From Myxococcota bacterium (GTDB lineage Bacteria > Myxococcota_A > UBA9160 > JAFDDA01): DNA of 64,000 nt. A program made the position numbers and the translations under genes. A model generated the notes under the pieces. That model was not told the DNA's origin, did no database searches, and worked only from the letters and a program-made list of their open reading frames with translations. Every line of letters starts with the position of its first letter. Position 1 is the stretch's first letter. Where the stretch lies: assembly GCA_965228475.1 (NCBI GenBank), contig OZ245817.1:4640001-4704000 (forward strand). Reading direction: 5' to 3'. Below, piece after piece: positions 17,949 to 27,991 of the stretch.

Positions 17949-18287
17949 CTAACGAATCGGCGACTCGATCTTCGGCATCGAGCCCGTGCGGTGCGACATG
18001 CGGTCCACCTGGGGCTGCGAGCCATCGAAGCTGCCCTTGGCCGGGGGCGCCGGCGGCTTCGCCATGCCCCAGGTCACGCCGTAGCCGATGTTCTTGCAGG
18101 TCGTGCCCGAGTGGAACTCGCCCGAGGGCGACTTCGCCGAGCACGAGCTCACGCTCGAAGCCTCGACGCACTGGAGCGCTTCCTGCTTCACGAACACACA
18201 GGCACCCTCGGCGGCGGCATCGCCGGCCATCGCCAGCGAGAAGGCCGCGGGGGCCAGAACCGTAAGAACGAAACGATGAATCTTCAT
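17949..18287 (-). CDS. Small secreted protein with four cysteines, unknown function
   Basis: GGAGA RBS; signal peptide MKIHRFVLTVLAPAAFSLAMA; own terminator. Confidence 0.7.
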   Translation of the reverse strand: MKIHRFVLTVLAPAAFSLAMAGDAAAEGACVFVKQEALQCVEASSVSSCSAKSPSGEFHSGTTCKNIGYGVTWGMAKPPAPPAKGSFDGSQPQVDRMSHRTGSMPKIESPIR

Positions 18288-18432
18288 GAGAGGTCTCCGC
18301 AGTGAAGTGGCCTCTCCTGAATCGGCGAACCGGTGATTTCGGGTGTGAAGCGGCGCACCCGGGGCCTGTGAGCGAGCGCACGGATCCCGCGGAAGTGTCC
18401 AGGGACCTCCACGAAGATGGGGCCGCGCGGCC

Positions 18433-19203
18433 CTAGCCCATCCAGGACCCGCAGTTCGGGTCGAGGGCCTGGCCCGTGAAGGCGATGCCGGCCGGGCCCA
18501 TCAGGAAGGCGACGGTCTCGGCGATCTCCGAGGGCTCGCTCATCCGCTTCAAGGGGACGAGGTCGATCGCGCCGGCGCGCGCCTCTTCGAAGCTCTCGCC
18601 CGTCGCGTCGGCGATGCCCTGCATGCCGGCCCGGGCCATCTCCGTATCGACCCAGCCCGGGCAGATGGCGTTCACGAGCACGCCGCGGTCGGCCCACTCG
18701 AGGGCGAGCGCGCGCGTCATGCCGAGCAGCCCCGCCTTGCTCGCGCAGTAGGCCGTGTAGCCGGGCACGCCGAAGCGGGCGAGGCACGAGGAGATGAGGA
18801 CCGCGTGGCGCGGCTCGGGGCCGGGCGCGAGCTGCTGCTCGAAGGCCCGGATGGAGTGGTAGGTGCCGTCGAGGTTCGTTCGCACGACCTCGTCCCAGCG
18901 GTCCTCGGGGCCGGGCTCGTTCGGGCCGCCGGCGCCGGCGTTCGCGACGAGCGCGTGCAACGGACCGAAGCTCGCGCTCACTTCCTCGAAGGCCGCTGCC
19001 TGCGCCTCGGCTTCCCGGACGTCGACCGAGACGACGTGCGTCTTGCCGGGCGCTTCGGCGGCGACCTCGTCGAGCAGCGCCTTGCGGCGACCGAGCAGCG
19101 CGACGTTCGCGCCCGCACCCGAGAGCCGAAGCGCGATCGCGCGCCCGATCCCCGTCCCTGCACCCGTCACGACGACGTTCCGTCCTTCGAAGCTCATCTT
19201 CAC
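18433..19203 (-). CDS. Short-chain dehydrogenase/reductase
   Basis: TGAGTGIG, NAG, YCASK, VNAICPGWVDT. Confidence 0.9.
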   Translation of the reverse strand: MKMSFEGRNVVVTGAGTGIGRAIALRLSGAGANVALLGRRKALLDEVAAEAPGKTHVVSVDVREAEAQAAAFEEVSASFGPLHALVANAGAGGPNEPGPEDRWDEVVRTNLDGTYHSIRAFEQQLAPGPEPRHAVLISSCLARFGVPGYTAYCASKAGLLGMTRALALEWADRGVLVNAICPGWVDTEMARAGMQGIADATGESFEEARAGAIDLVPLKRMSEPSEIAETVAFLMGPAGIAFTGQALDPNCGSWMG

Positions 19204-21980
19204 TCCTCTCCGATCCCGACGGCGGCTATCACCTGCGGGAGCTGCTCGGGCGCGATCGCCTCGACGCGGCAGTCCGGCGGCATCGCCTCCGACAGCCTCG
19301 CAAAGTATCGCTTGTCCGTTCGCCCCTCGACGATCACGACGACGCCGCGGTCCTCTTCACTGCGGATCAGACGGCCCACCATCTGCTTCAGGTTCAAGAG
19401 CATCTTCCCGAGCGTGTAGCGGTTGAAGACGTTCATGCCGGACTCTTCGAGCCGCGCCTGCCGCCGCTTGCGAAGCTCCGTCGGCACCTCGAAGGGGAGC
19501 TTCTCGATCACGACGGCCTGGAGATCGACGCCCGGGATGTCGAGCCCCTGCCAGAACTTCCGGGCACCGAGCAAGACCGCCGGGCCGCCGTTCTTGAATC
19601 GCTCGACGAGCGCGTGGGGATCGTCCGAGGCGCGGCGCGGCGAGAGCACCTCGATGCCTTCGTCGCGGAGCTCCTCCGAAAGACGCGCGGCGACCTGGTT
19701 CATGCGCGCGAGGCTCGTGAAGAGGCCGAGGGTGCGCCCGCGAAGCTGCCGGGCCAGCACGGCGAGCGCCGCGGCGGTGTCTTCGACCAGGTCCCCGCTG
19801 CGGTCGAAGGCGACGGCGCGCATGTGCTCCGCGTACGGGAACGGGCTCGGCACCGAGACGCGCGAGAGGCGATCGCCCGAACGCGACTCGACCCCGAGCT
19901 CTCCGAGCGAGGCAAAGGCGTTGCCTCCGATGAAGACCGAGGCGGAGACCCCCGCGAAGGACCGCAGCTTCTCGAGGAAGTTCTCCGCGAAGGGTTCTTC
20001 GAGCGAGACGGTGTGGATCGAGAGCCGCCAGCGGTCGAAGGGCCGCTCGAGGCGGCTGAAGGCCGCGACCGCATCGGCGGAGGGCTCGACCAGCGCACGG
20101 TGGAGGCCGTCGCAGGCCTGGCGGAGATCCGCCGCCGCCCGGGCGAGGGCCGCGGACTCCTCGCCGGGTGCGTCGTCCGCCAGCCGGCCGACCTCGTCGG
20201 CCACGCCCGCGAGCCGCTCCGAGGCAACGGCGGCGAGGCGCGCGGGCTCGTTCCAGCTGCCGTCGCGGTCGAGGGGCACGTCGACTTCGCCGAAGTGGTT
20301 GGCGACGGGCACCAGCGACTTCCCGAGCGCGACGAGATCCTGCTGCACGCCGCGGCGCCAGGCCACGGCATCCTTGGCGAGGGAGCGGCGCGCGCCCGCC
20401 GGCGCCAGGGCTCCCCGCCGCTTCTTCTCGCCGGGGCGGCCGAAGACCTCGTCGATGCGATCGAGCACCTCCTCGGGGCGGACCTCGAGAGCGTAGACGT
20501 CGTCGGCAACGTCGCCGAGCTCGTGGACCTCGTCGACGATGCAATGGTCGAAGGCCGGGTAGTCCGGCGGCCAGCGCAGGAGGAGGTCGTGATTCGCGAC
20601 GATGACCTGGGCCTTGGCGAGCGCCGCGCGCTTGGCCCCGAACGGGCACGATGCCTGGTGCGCGCACTGTTCGCGGCTGCACTGCTCGGCGCGCGGCGCG
20701 ACGGAGCGGCGCAGGAGATCCCGCAGCGGCGGATAGCGGCGCAGGAGCGCCGCCGGCACCGTCCCGACCTCGCCGAAGGGCCGCGTGCCCGCGCAGGCGG
20801 CGAGGGTCGCGTAGGCCAGCCGATCCTGGGGGAAGATGCTCGCCTCCGCCCCCTCCGCCAGAACGCCGACGAGCTTCCGCTCGCACACGTAGTTCGCGCG
20901 TCCCTTGATCGAGAGCGCGCGCAGCCCCGGATGGCCGAGGAAGCGGGCCGCCGCCGGGATGTCCTTCGCGAGGAGCTGATCCTGGAGCAGCTTGGTGCGC
21001 GTAGCGACGACGACCGGGACCTTCTCGCCCCGCGCCTCGGCCGCCATCACGAAGGGAATCGCCGCCGCGAGGTACGCCAGCGACTTCCCGACGCCCGTCC
21101 CGCCTTCGAGCAGCAGCACGCCATCGTCGGCCAGGTTGCGTGCGAACTCGCGGGCGAGACGGATCTGCGGCTCGCGCACGCGGTAGCCGCTGAAGTGGCG
21201 CTGGCCGCGCGCTTCGTCGGCGAGGGCGGCGGCGATCGCATCCTCCTCGAAGGGCACCGGCTCTTCGGCGGTCTCGCCGACGACGACGAAGCTCGGCTGC
21301 GGCGCCGGCTCCCCTTGCGCGGCCTCCTTCCCGAGAAGCGCGAGCCACTCGGAGTCCGGCGCGAAGCGCGCGAGCGCCGTCCGGGCCTCCGCGTAGCGCC
21401 GTTCACCCGTCCCGGCACCGACCCCGATGCGCGACATCACGCGGGCCGTATCGAGGGCGTCGTCGAGCGCGCGGTGGTTCTCCTCGGTACCGAGCAACGC
21501 GCGGGTGAAGGACTCGAGGCGGAGGTCCGGCGCATCGGGGTGGGTCGCGGCGAGCAGATCCTGGGTGTCGAGGTACTGCGCGCCGCCGAGCGACTCGTCC
21601 ACCTCGCGCGAGAGGAAATGCCGCTCGAACTCCGCGTTGTGCGCGATCAGGGTGCGCCCGGCCAACGCCTCGGCGAGGCCCTCCCGGAGCTCCGCCAGCG
21701 GCGGCGCATCCGCGACGTCCGCATCCGAGAGGCCCGTGATGTGCTGGATGAGCTGGGGGATCTCGCCCTTCGGGCGGACGAGACTCGCGAGCGTCCGGAC
21801 GTCGCGCCGGCCCGGGTCCACGAGCACCGCCCCGAACTCGAGGATCTCGCTTCCGGCCGCGTCCATCAGGCCGGTCGTCTCGAGGTCGACGATGGCGAGC
21901 GGCCCGGCGGCCTCGGCGAGGCGGCCGAGCGCATCGGCGTCGAGGCCCAGGCTCTCGGCCGCGTGCTCTTCGAGCTCCAT
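19200..21980 (-). CDS. dinG: DnaQ-like 3'-5' exonuclease fused to DinG-family Fe-S helicase
   Basis: DEDDh motifs DLETTG / HNAEFE / HRALDDA; Walker A GGTGVGKS; DEVH; four Cys for Fe-S; QMVGRLIRS. Confidence 0.85.
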   Translation of the reverse strand: MELEEHAAESLGLDADALGRLAEAAGPLAIVDLETTGLMDAAGSEILEFGAVLVDPGRRDVRTLASLVRPKGEIPQLIQHITGLSDADVADAPPLAELREGLAEALAGRTLIAHNAEFERHFLSREVDESLGGAQYLDTQDLLAATHPDAPDLRLESFTRALLGTEENHRALDDALDTARVMSRIGVGAGTGERRYAEARTALARFAPDSEWLALLGKEAAQGEPAPQPSFVVVGETAEEPVPFEEDAIAAALADEARGQRHFSGYRVREPQIRLAREFARNLADDGVLLLEGGTGVGKSLAYLAAAIPFVMAAEARGEKVPVVVATRTKLLQDQLLAKDIPAAARFLGHPGLRALSIKGRANYVCERKLVGVLAEGAEASIFPQDRLAYATLAACAGTRPFGEVGTVPAALLRRYPPLRDLLRRSVAPRAEQCSREQCAHQASCPFGAKRAALAKAQVIVANHDLLLRWPPDYPAFDHCIVDEVHELGDVADDVYALEVRPEEVLDRIDEVFGRPGEKKRRGALAPAGARRSLAKDAVAWRRGVQQDLVALGKSLVPVANHFGEVDVPLDRDGSWNEPARLAAVASERLAGVADEVGRLADDAPGEESAALARAAADLRQACDGLHRALVEPSADAVAAFSRLERPFDRWRLSIHTVSLEEPFAENFLEKLRSFAGVSASVFIGGNAFASLGELGVESRSGDRLSRVSVPSPFPYAEHMRAVAFDRSGDLVEDTAAALAVLARQLRGRTLGLFTSLARMNQVAARLSEELRDEGIEVLSPRRASDDPHALVERFKNGGPAVLLGARKFWQGLDIPGVDLQAVVIEKLPFEVPTELRKRRQARLEESGMNVFNRYTLGKMLLNLKQMVGRLIRSEEDRGVVVIVEGRTDKRYFARLSEAMPPDCRVEAIAPEQLPQVIAAVGIGEE

Positions 21981-21987
21981 GGGTGGC

Positions 21988-23640
21988 CTAGACGTAGATG
22001 CCGCCCTTGTACTCGCGGTCCTGGCGGATGACGACGTTGATCAGCGCCGGCTTGCCGGAGGCCGCGGCGCGATCGAGCGCCGGCCGGATCTCCTCCGGCC
22101 GCTCGACGAACTCGCCGTGCCCACCCAGCGCCTCGACCACCTTGTCGTAGCGGGTGAAGTTCAGGAGCGTGCCCTGGAGCCGGTCCCAGCCGTAGACCGC
22201 GCCCTGGGGCCGCATCATCTGCCCCCAGGCGCCATCGTTGCCGACGATGCCGAGGATCGGCAGGTCGTGACGCACGGCGGTGTCGTATTCGAAGCCGTTC
22301 AGCCCGAAGGAACCATCGCCGTAGACGATCATCACGCGCTTGTCCGGGTGCGAAGCCTGGGCCGCGAGGGCGAAGGGCATGCCCACGCCGAGCGTTCCGA
22401 GCGGGCCCGGATCCATCCACGCGCCCTCGCTCGGCACGGGCAGGATCTTCGCCGCGGTCGCGACGATGTCGCCGCCGTCACCGATGGTGATGAAGTCTTC
22501 ACTGCGCTCGGCCATCCAGTCGCGCAGCTCGCGGCACATGCGCTGGGGGTCGATCGGGACCTCGTCGCTGTTCAGGTTCTCCTCGACGGCCGCCGCAGCG
22601 GTGGCCTCGATCTCGCGAAGCTGATCGCGCCAGCCCGAGTAGTCGAGGTGCGTACCCGTGTTCTTGAGCTCCTCGAGCAGCAGATCGAACGAGCATGCGA
22701 GGTTGCCCACCAGTGCCACGTCCGAGGCGCGGTTCTGTCCGATCAGCGTGGCGTCCATGTCGAGCTGCACGATGTTCGCGTCTTCGGGAATCGACTGACC
22801 GAAGCGCATGCGGAAGTCGAGCAGCGTGCCCGCGAGGATCACGCAGTCGCTCTGCTTGAGCGCGTCGCGCCGCGAGCGGTTGCCGAACTCCGGCAGGTCC
22901 GGCGGAACCGTGCCGCGGCCCATGCCGTTCGTGAAGACCGGGATGTGGGTCTCGCGCACGAAGTTCACGAGCTGCTGGCTCGCGCGCGACCACTTCACGC
23001 TCGTCCCGGCCATCACCATCGGGCGCTCGGACTTCGCGATCAGCTCGAGCGCGCGGCGCACTTCGTCGCGGTCCGGCGAGAGGCGCGGCGGCTCGGTCCG
23101 GATGTACTTGGGGATCGGCGCCTGCTCCCACTCGGACTGGCCCATGAACACGTCCATGGGAATCTCGAGATAGGCGGGGCCGGGAACGCCCGAAACCGCG
23201 TGGCGGATCGCCAGCTCGATGTACTCGGGAATGCGGTGCGTCTGGTAGATGGCGTCGGCGTACTTCGTGATCGGCTTCACGACGCCGATGTGGTCCATTT
23301 CCTGGAGCGAACCGCGGCGGAGGTTCGCGAAGGGACCCTGGCCGCCGAAGACGAGGATCGGCGAGTTCGCCCGCCAGGCGTTGGCGATGCCGGTGACTCC
23401 GTCGGTGACGCCGGGGCCCGCGGTGATGGCGGCGACGCCGATCTTCCCCGGGTTGCAGCGCGCCCAGGCGTCCGCGGCGTGGACGGCGGCCTGCTCGTGC
23501 CGCACGTCGATGATGCGGATGCCTTCGTCGATGCAGCCGTCGTAGAGCGGCATGATGTGGCCGCCCGAGAGGGTGAACATGCATTCGACGCCGGCCTTCT
23601 TGAGGGCTTTGGCTGCGAGTTTTCCGCCGTGTACGGGCAT
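21988..23640 (-). CDS. Thiamine pyrophosphate-dependent enzyme (acetolactate synthase / 2-hydroxyacyl-CoA lyase-like)
   Basis: FTLSGGHI, DVRHEQAA, TAGPGVT, GTLGVG, GDGSFG...NDGAWG TPP motif. Confidence 0.85.
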   Translation of the reverse strand: MPVHGGKLAAKALKKAGVECMFTLSGGHIMPLYDGCIDEGIRIIDVRHEQAAVHAADAWARCNPGKIGVAAITAGPGVTDGVTGIANAWRANSPILVFGGQGPFANLRRGSLQEMDHIGVVKPITKYADAIYQTHRIPEYIELAIRHAVSGVPGPAYLEIPMDVFMGQSEWEQAPIPKYIRTEPPRLSPDRDEVRRALELIAKSERPMVMAGTSVKWSRASQQLVNFVRETHIPVFTNGMGRGTVPPDLPEFGNRSRRDALKQSDCVILAGTLLDFRMRFGQSIPEDANIVQLDMDATLIGQNRASDVALVGNLACSFDLLLEELKNTGTHLDYSGWRDQLREIEATAAAAVEENLNSDEVPIDPQRMCRELRDWMAERSEDFITIGDGGDIVATAAKILPVPSEGAWMDPGPLGTLGVGMPFALAAQASHPDKRVMIVYGDGSFGLNGFEYDTAVRHDLPILGIVGNDGAWGQMMRPQGAVYGWDRLQGTLLNFTRYDKVVEALGGHGEFVERPEEIRPALDRAAASGKPALINVVIRQDREYKGGIYV

Positions 23641-23841
23641 GGGTGGGTCCTTTTTTCGTTGGGCGGGCAAAGTACCACAGCGGCCGCCAACGGCGGAATA
23701 GGGGATGGCCTGGCAATCCAAGAGTTCTGGATGGGCCGGCAAACCGTTTGGTTTCGCCTTCGGCGACCCCTGAGCCCCTGCCCTGAACCCGCCCGTCGGA
23801 CCTCGGAGTAGAGCGCCGACACCGACGCATATGGGGGAACG

Positions 23842-23880
23842 AAAAAACGGGGCCAGCCTTTGGCTGGCCCCGTTTTTTTT
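23842..23880. terminator. Strong bidirectional intrinsic terminator (ends the pal transcript)
   Basis: AAAAAACGGGGCCAGCC-TTT-GGCTGGCCCCGTTTTTTTT perfect stem with A and T tracts. Confidence 0.9.
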
Positions 23881-23903
23881 GGGGTCTGCGCTGCCGTCGG
23901 TGG

Positions 23904-24491
23904 CTAGCGGCTGACTTGGAATTCGGCTCGGCGGTTGTGTTTCCAGGCGGTTTCGTCGTGGCCCTGGACCTGGGGTTTGAGTTCGCCGTAGCTGACGGTT
24001 CGGATGCGGTCGGCCGGGACGCCGAGCGTCACGAGGTAGCGCTTCACGGCGTCCGCGCGGCGGTCGCCGAGGGCGAGGTTGTACTCCTCGGTCCCGCGCT
24101 CGTCGCAGTGGCCTTCGATCGTGATGAGCGCCCAGGTCGGGAAGCTCCGGATCGTCTCGGCGTGGCTCTTGAGCTTGGCCGCGGCGTCCGGGCGCAGGGT
24201 CGAGCGGTCGTAGTCGAAGTAGATGGCGTCGAGCGTCTGCTGCATCTGCTCGGTCTGGGCGTCCTGGCTGCCCACGACGGCGCCCGCGGCGCTACCGCCC
24301 TGCATCGCTCCGCTGCCGCCCGTCGAATCGTCGACGGATTCACCGCGGACTCCGCCCGGATCGTCCCAGGAGCTCGAGCCCCCGATGTCCGTCTGGCCCT
24401 CGGTTTCCGGGTCCGGCGTGGAAGCACATGCGAGCACCAGGCTCGCGGCAGCGACCGCTGCGATCGACGTTCTGAAGATGGATCGTCGCAC
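23904..24491 (-). CDS. pal: Peptidoglycan-associated lipoprotein (OmpA-like)
   Basis: Lipobox VLAC; IYFDYD, IEGHCDERGTEEYNLALGDRRA, SYGE, NRRAEF; AGGAG RBS before GTG 24491. Confidence 0.9.
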   Translation of the reverse strand: MRRSIFRTSIAAVAAASLVLACASTPDPETEGQTDIGGSSSWDDPGGVRGESVDDSTGGSGAMQGGSAAGAVVGSQDAQTEQMQQTLDAIYFDYDRSTLRPDAAAKLKSHAETIRSFPTWALITIEGHCDERGTEEYNLALGDRRADAVKRYLVTLGVPADRIRTVSYGELKPQVQGHDETAWKHNRRAEFQVSR

Positions 24492-24748
24492 CAGAATCTC
24501 CTGTTGGGGGGAGACCTCGGAGTTGGGTCTCGCGTCGATGCCCCATCGGCACGACGCGCGTTCGCCCGTATGCTCCCAACCCCTCGTTTTATCGCGCTTA
24601 TGATGGAGTCTCGGCAACTCCGAAGCAAGTTGTCCCGAAAGCTTCCGATGCCGCACGGGCTCCCCGAGTTCGGCCTCCGGGCGAATTCCTGCTCCCCGGC
24701 GGGGGGAGAAACCCCTTCTCCGGGGCACCAGGCCGCAGCGGCTCCCGG

Positions 24749-25531
24749 CTACCGCCCCTCGAAGCGCGGCGGGCGCTTCTCGAGGAAAGCCCGGATGCCT
24801 TCCTGGTAGTCCTCGGACGCGAAGCAGGCGCGAATGGCGTCCCGGACGCTCGCGGGGTCGCGCTCGGCGGGCTCGCGGCCGTAGTCCTCGATCACCCGCT
24901 TGGCAGCGCGCAGGGTGAGCGGGGCGTTGCTCGCAATGGTCGCGGCGAGCTCGCGCACCCGGGCCTCGAGCCCCGCCGCCGGGTGGACCTCCGCCAGGAG
25001 GCCGAGGCGGTAGGCCTCCTCGGCGCCGAAGCGCCGGGCGGAGAAGAAGAGGTCCTTGGCCGTGGCCGGCCCGACCAGCCGAACCAGGGTCCGCAGGCTC
25101 TCGGCCGGGTAGCCGAGGCCGAGCCGCCCGGCCGGGACGCCGAACTTCGCGTCCTCCGAAGCGATCCGGAGGTCCGCGTGGATGGCGATGGCCATGCCGC
25201 CGCCGACGCAGAAGCCGTGGATCATGGCGATCAGCGGCTTCGAGAACGCGGCGAGGGCGCCGAAGGCGACGGCGTTGCGCTCCTCGTAGGCCATGGCGCC
25301 GTCACCCGAACGCTGCTCCTGGAACTCGGAGATGTCGGCGCCGGAGACGAAGGCCTGCTCGCCCGCACCGCGCAGAATGGCGACGCGGATCTCGGGGTCC
25401 GCATCGAGCTCCTGCGCAGCGCCGGGGATGGCGTCCCACATGGCGCGGTTGATGGCGTTGCGCCGCTCCGGGTGGTCGAAGACGATCCAACCGAGCGGCC
25501 CTTCCTTCTCGACGCGGACGCTTCCGGGCAT
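24749..25531 (-). CDS. Enoyl-CoA hydratase/isomerase family protein
   Basis: RRNAI, AFVSGADI, GFCVGGG, EGIRAFLEKRPPRFEG. Confidence 0.9.
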   Translation of the reverse strand: MPGSVRVEKEGPLGWIVFDHPERRNAINRAMWDAIPGAAQELDADPEIRVAILRGAGEQAFVSGADISEFQEQRSGDGAMAYEERNAVAFGALAAFSKPLIAMIHGFCVGGGMAIAIHADLRIASEDAKFGVPAGRLGLGYPAESLRTLVRLVGPATAKDLFFSARRFGAEEAYRLGLLAEVHPAAGLEARVRELAATIASNAPLTLRAAKRVIEDYGREPAERDPASVRDAIRACFASEDYQEGIRAFLEKRPPRFEGR

Positions 25532-25601
25532 GGCGGCGAGGCTAGCAGGGACGCCCACGCCTGGGCGCCGGGGCCGAGGGCGGTGCTGCTAGGATGCCCG
25601 C

Positions 25602-27239
25602 ATGCTCACCTCGCAGCGCACGCAGACCGGCTCGCCGTTGCGGAGCGAGCGTTCGTGCGTCGTGGCGCGGCGCGGGCTCGTCGCCTCGAGCGTCCCGATC
25701 GCGAGCGCCGCGGGCGTCGAGACGCTCGCACGCGGCGGCAACGCCATCGACGCCGCGATCGCGACCGCCGCCACGCTGTGCGTGGTCGAGCCGATGTCGA
25801 CGGGGCTCGGCGGCGACGCCTTCGCGCTGGTCGGCAGCGCTCGGGATGGGACGCTGCGCTCGCTGAACGGGAGCGGCCGCGCGCCCGCGGGTGCCACCGT
25901 CGAGGCCTACCGCCAGGCCGGGCACGAGCGCGTCCCGGAGCGCGGGATCCTCTCGGCGACGGTGCCCGGCGCCGTGCACGCCTGGGAGACGCTCGCGGCC
26001 GAGCTCGGTGCCCTGCCCCTCGCCGAGACCCTCGAGCCGGCGATCCGGGCCGCGGAAGAAGGCTTCGCTGTGAGCGAGCTCGTCGCCCACTACTGGTCAC
26101 TGCTCGAACGCACCAGCAACCTCCGGAACGACGCCGCGCGCAAGACCTGGGCACCGAACGGCGCGGCCCCGAGCGCCGGCGAGTGGTTCCGCGCTCCCGG
26201 CCAGGCGCGCACCCTGCGCGCCATCGCCGAGGGCGGCGCCGAGGCCTTCTACCGCGGCGAGGCGGCCGAGGCGATCGTCGCGACGTCGCGCGAGGAAGGC
26301 GGGTTCTTCGAACTCGACGACCTCGCCCAACACAGCTCGACCTGGACCGAGCCGATCACGACGCAGTACCGCGGCGTGACCGTCGCCGAGCATCCGCCGA
26401 ACGGACAGGGCATCGCGGCGCTCATCGCCTTGAACACGCTCGAGCAGCTCGGGCCGGCCGCCGGTGCCACGAGCGCCCTCGACTGGCACCGCCGCATCGA
26501 GGCCGTGAAGCTCGCCTACGCCGACCGCGACGCCTTCGTCGCGGACCCGGAACACGCAGAGGTCCCGACGGAAGCGCTGCTCTCGGAACGCTACGCCGCG
26601 GAGCGGGCCGCCCTCGTCGGCGACCGCGCCCTCGAGCTGGCGCGCGCGGGCTCTCCCCACGGCGACACCGTCTACTGCTGCGCCGCCGACGAGCACGGCA
26701 ACCTGGTCTCCTTCATCCAGAGCCTCTTCATGGGGTTCGGTTCGGGCATCGCGTGCGGGGATACCGGGGTGATGCTCCAGAATCGCGGCGCCGGCTTCCG
26801 GCTCGACCCGGACCACCCGAACGCCCTCGCGCCGGGCAAGCGCCCCTTCCACACGATCATCCCGGGCATGCTCCTGCGCGACGGAACGCCGTGGATGGCC
26901 TTCGGCATCATGGGCGGCGACATCCAGGCCCAGGCCCACGTGGGCTTCGTCTCGGGCGTGGTCGACCACGGGCTGAACCCGCAGGAGGCGCTCGACCGGG
27001 CGCGCTTCCGCTTCCTCGACGGGAGGCGGGTCGTGGTGGAAGCGCCGGGTGCCGAGATCGACGAAGGCGGAACGCTCGGCGCCGCGCTCGAAGCGCGCGG
27101 TCACGACGTCGTCGCGCCGGCGGCGGTGATGGTGGATCAGTTCGGCGGCGGACAGGCGATCGCGCGCGAGGAGGACGGCACCCTCGTCGGCGGGAGCGAC
27201 CGGCGCAAGGACGGCTGCGCCCAGGGGTGGTTCGCGTGA
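25602..27239 (+). CDS. ggt: Gamma-glutamyltransferase family protein
   Basis: GGNAIDAAIA, VEPMSTGLGGD, PPNGQG, GD-T nucleophile, LQNRG, PGKRPFHTIIP, GSDRRKDG. Confidence 0.9.
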   Translation: MLTSQRTQTGSPLRSERSCVVARRGLVASSVPIASAAGVETLARGGNAIDAAIATAATLCVVEPMSTGLGGDAFALVGSARDGTLRSLNGSGRAPAGATVEAYRQAGHERVPERGILSATVPGAVHAWETLAAELGALPLAETLEPAIRAAEEGFAVSELVAHYWSLLERTSNLRNDAARKTWAPNGAAPSAGEWFRAPGQARTLRAIAEGGAEAFYRGEAAEAIVATSREEGGFFELDDLAQHSSTWTEPITTQYRGVTVAEHPPNGQGIAALIALNTLEQLGPAAGATSALDWHRRIEAVKLAYADRDAFVADPEHAEVPTEALLSERYAAERAALVGDRALELARAGSPHGDTVYCCAADEHGNLVSFIQSLFMGFGSGIACGDTGVMLQNRGAGFRLDPDHPNALAPGKRPFHTIIPGMLLRDGTPWMAFGIMGGDIQAQAHVGFVSGVVDHGLNPQEALDRARFRFLDGRRVVVEAPGAEIDEGGTLGAALEARGHDVVAPAAVMVDQFGGGQAIAREEDGTLVGGSDRRKDGCAQGWFA

Positions 27240-27991
27240 GCGGCGGCGGGAAGAGCGAGAACACGGAGCCCGGGAGCACCTACCGCACCGAGGTGCAGCG
27301 CCGCGCCAGCTCGGCGGCGCAGATCACCCTGCTCCGGCACGGCGAGCCGGATTGGAACCCGCGCGGCGGTGAATCGGTCGGGGACCCGGGCCTCACGCCC
27401 TACGGCCACGAACAGGCCCGCCTCGCCGCGGAGGCCCTCCGCCGGGATCCCATCGACGCGATCTTCGTGAGCCCCTATCGCCGCAGCCAGGAGACGGCCG
27501 CGCCGCTCGTCGAGGCGACGGGCCTTGCGCCGGTGACCGTGCCGGACCTGCGCGAGATCGGCGTGAACGTGGTCGGGCTCTCCCAGGAGGACGTCGACCA
27601 GTACTTCGTCGAGGCGGCGCGGCGGCCGCTCGAAGAGCACTGGGACGGCTGGCCGGACTCCGAGCGCTTCACCGACTTTCACGCGCGCGTCACCGGCGCG
27701 CTCGCCGACCTCGCGAGCGGGCTCGGCTTCCGCTCCGAGAAGGAAGAGGACTTCACGGTCTGGCACACGCCGGACCCGGCGCCGCACATCGTGATCGTGG
27801 CCCATGGCGGCACGAACGCCGTGCTCGCGACCCACCTGCTCGACATCCGCCCGGTCCCCTGGGAGTGGCTCCGCTTCGAGAGTCAGCTCGCCGCCTACTC
27901 GGTGCTGCAGGCGCGCCAGCTCGGGAGCCGCGGGCACGTCTGGTCGCTCGTCAACTTCAACGAGCTCGACCACCTCCGCCCGCTCCCCTAG
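27236..27991 (+). CDS. Histidine phosphatase (phosphoglycerate mutase-like) family protein
   Basis: LLRHGE, SPYRRSQETA, LRE, VAHGG; GTG overlaps the ggt stop (GTGA). Confidence 0.85.
   Translation: MSGGGKSENTEPGSTYRTEVQRRASSAAQITLLRHGEPDWNPRGGESVGDPGLTPYGHEQARLAAEALRRDPIDAIFVSPYRRSQETAAPLVEATGLAPVTVPDLREIGVNVVGLSQEDVDQYFVEAARRPLEEHWDGWPDSERFTDFHARVTGALADLASGLGFRSEKEEDFTVWHTPDPAPHIVIVAHGGTNAVLATHLLDIRPVPWEWLRFESQLAAYSVLQARQLGSRGHVWSLVNFNELDHLRPLP

Noticed and set aside
19200..21980. DinG as a marker of a type IV CRISPR or defence system
   Set aside because: It is the common housekeeping DnaQ-DinG fusion, embedded among metabolic genes with no cas or defence neighbours.
24983..27991. 1002-aa ORF suggesting a large fusion protein
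   Set aside because: Only 27236-27991 (histidine phosphatase) is protein-like; the rest overlaps ggt and the enoyl-CoA hydratase gene in other frames. The same applies to the extended ORFs 43207-45477, 45802-47880, 45847-47976, 50546-52642, 57383-59593 and 59799-62438.
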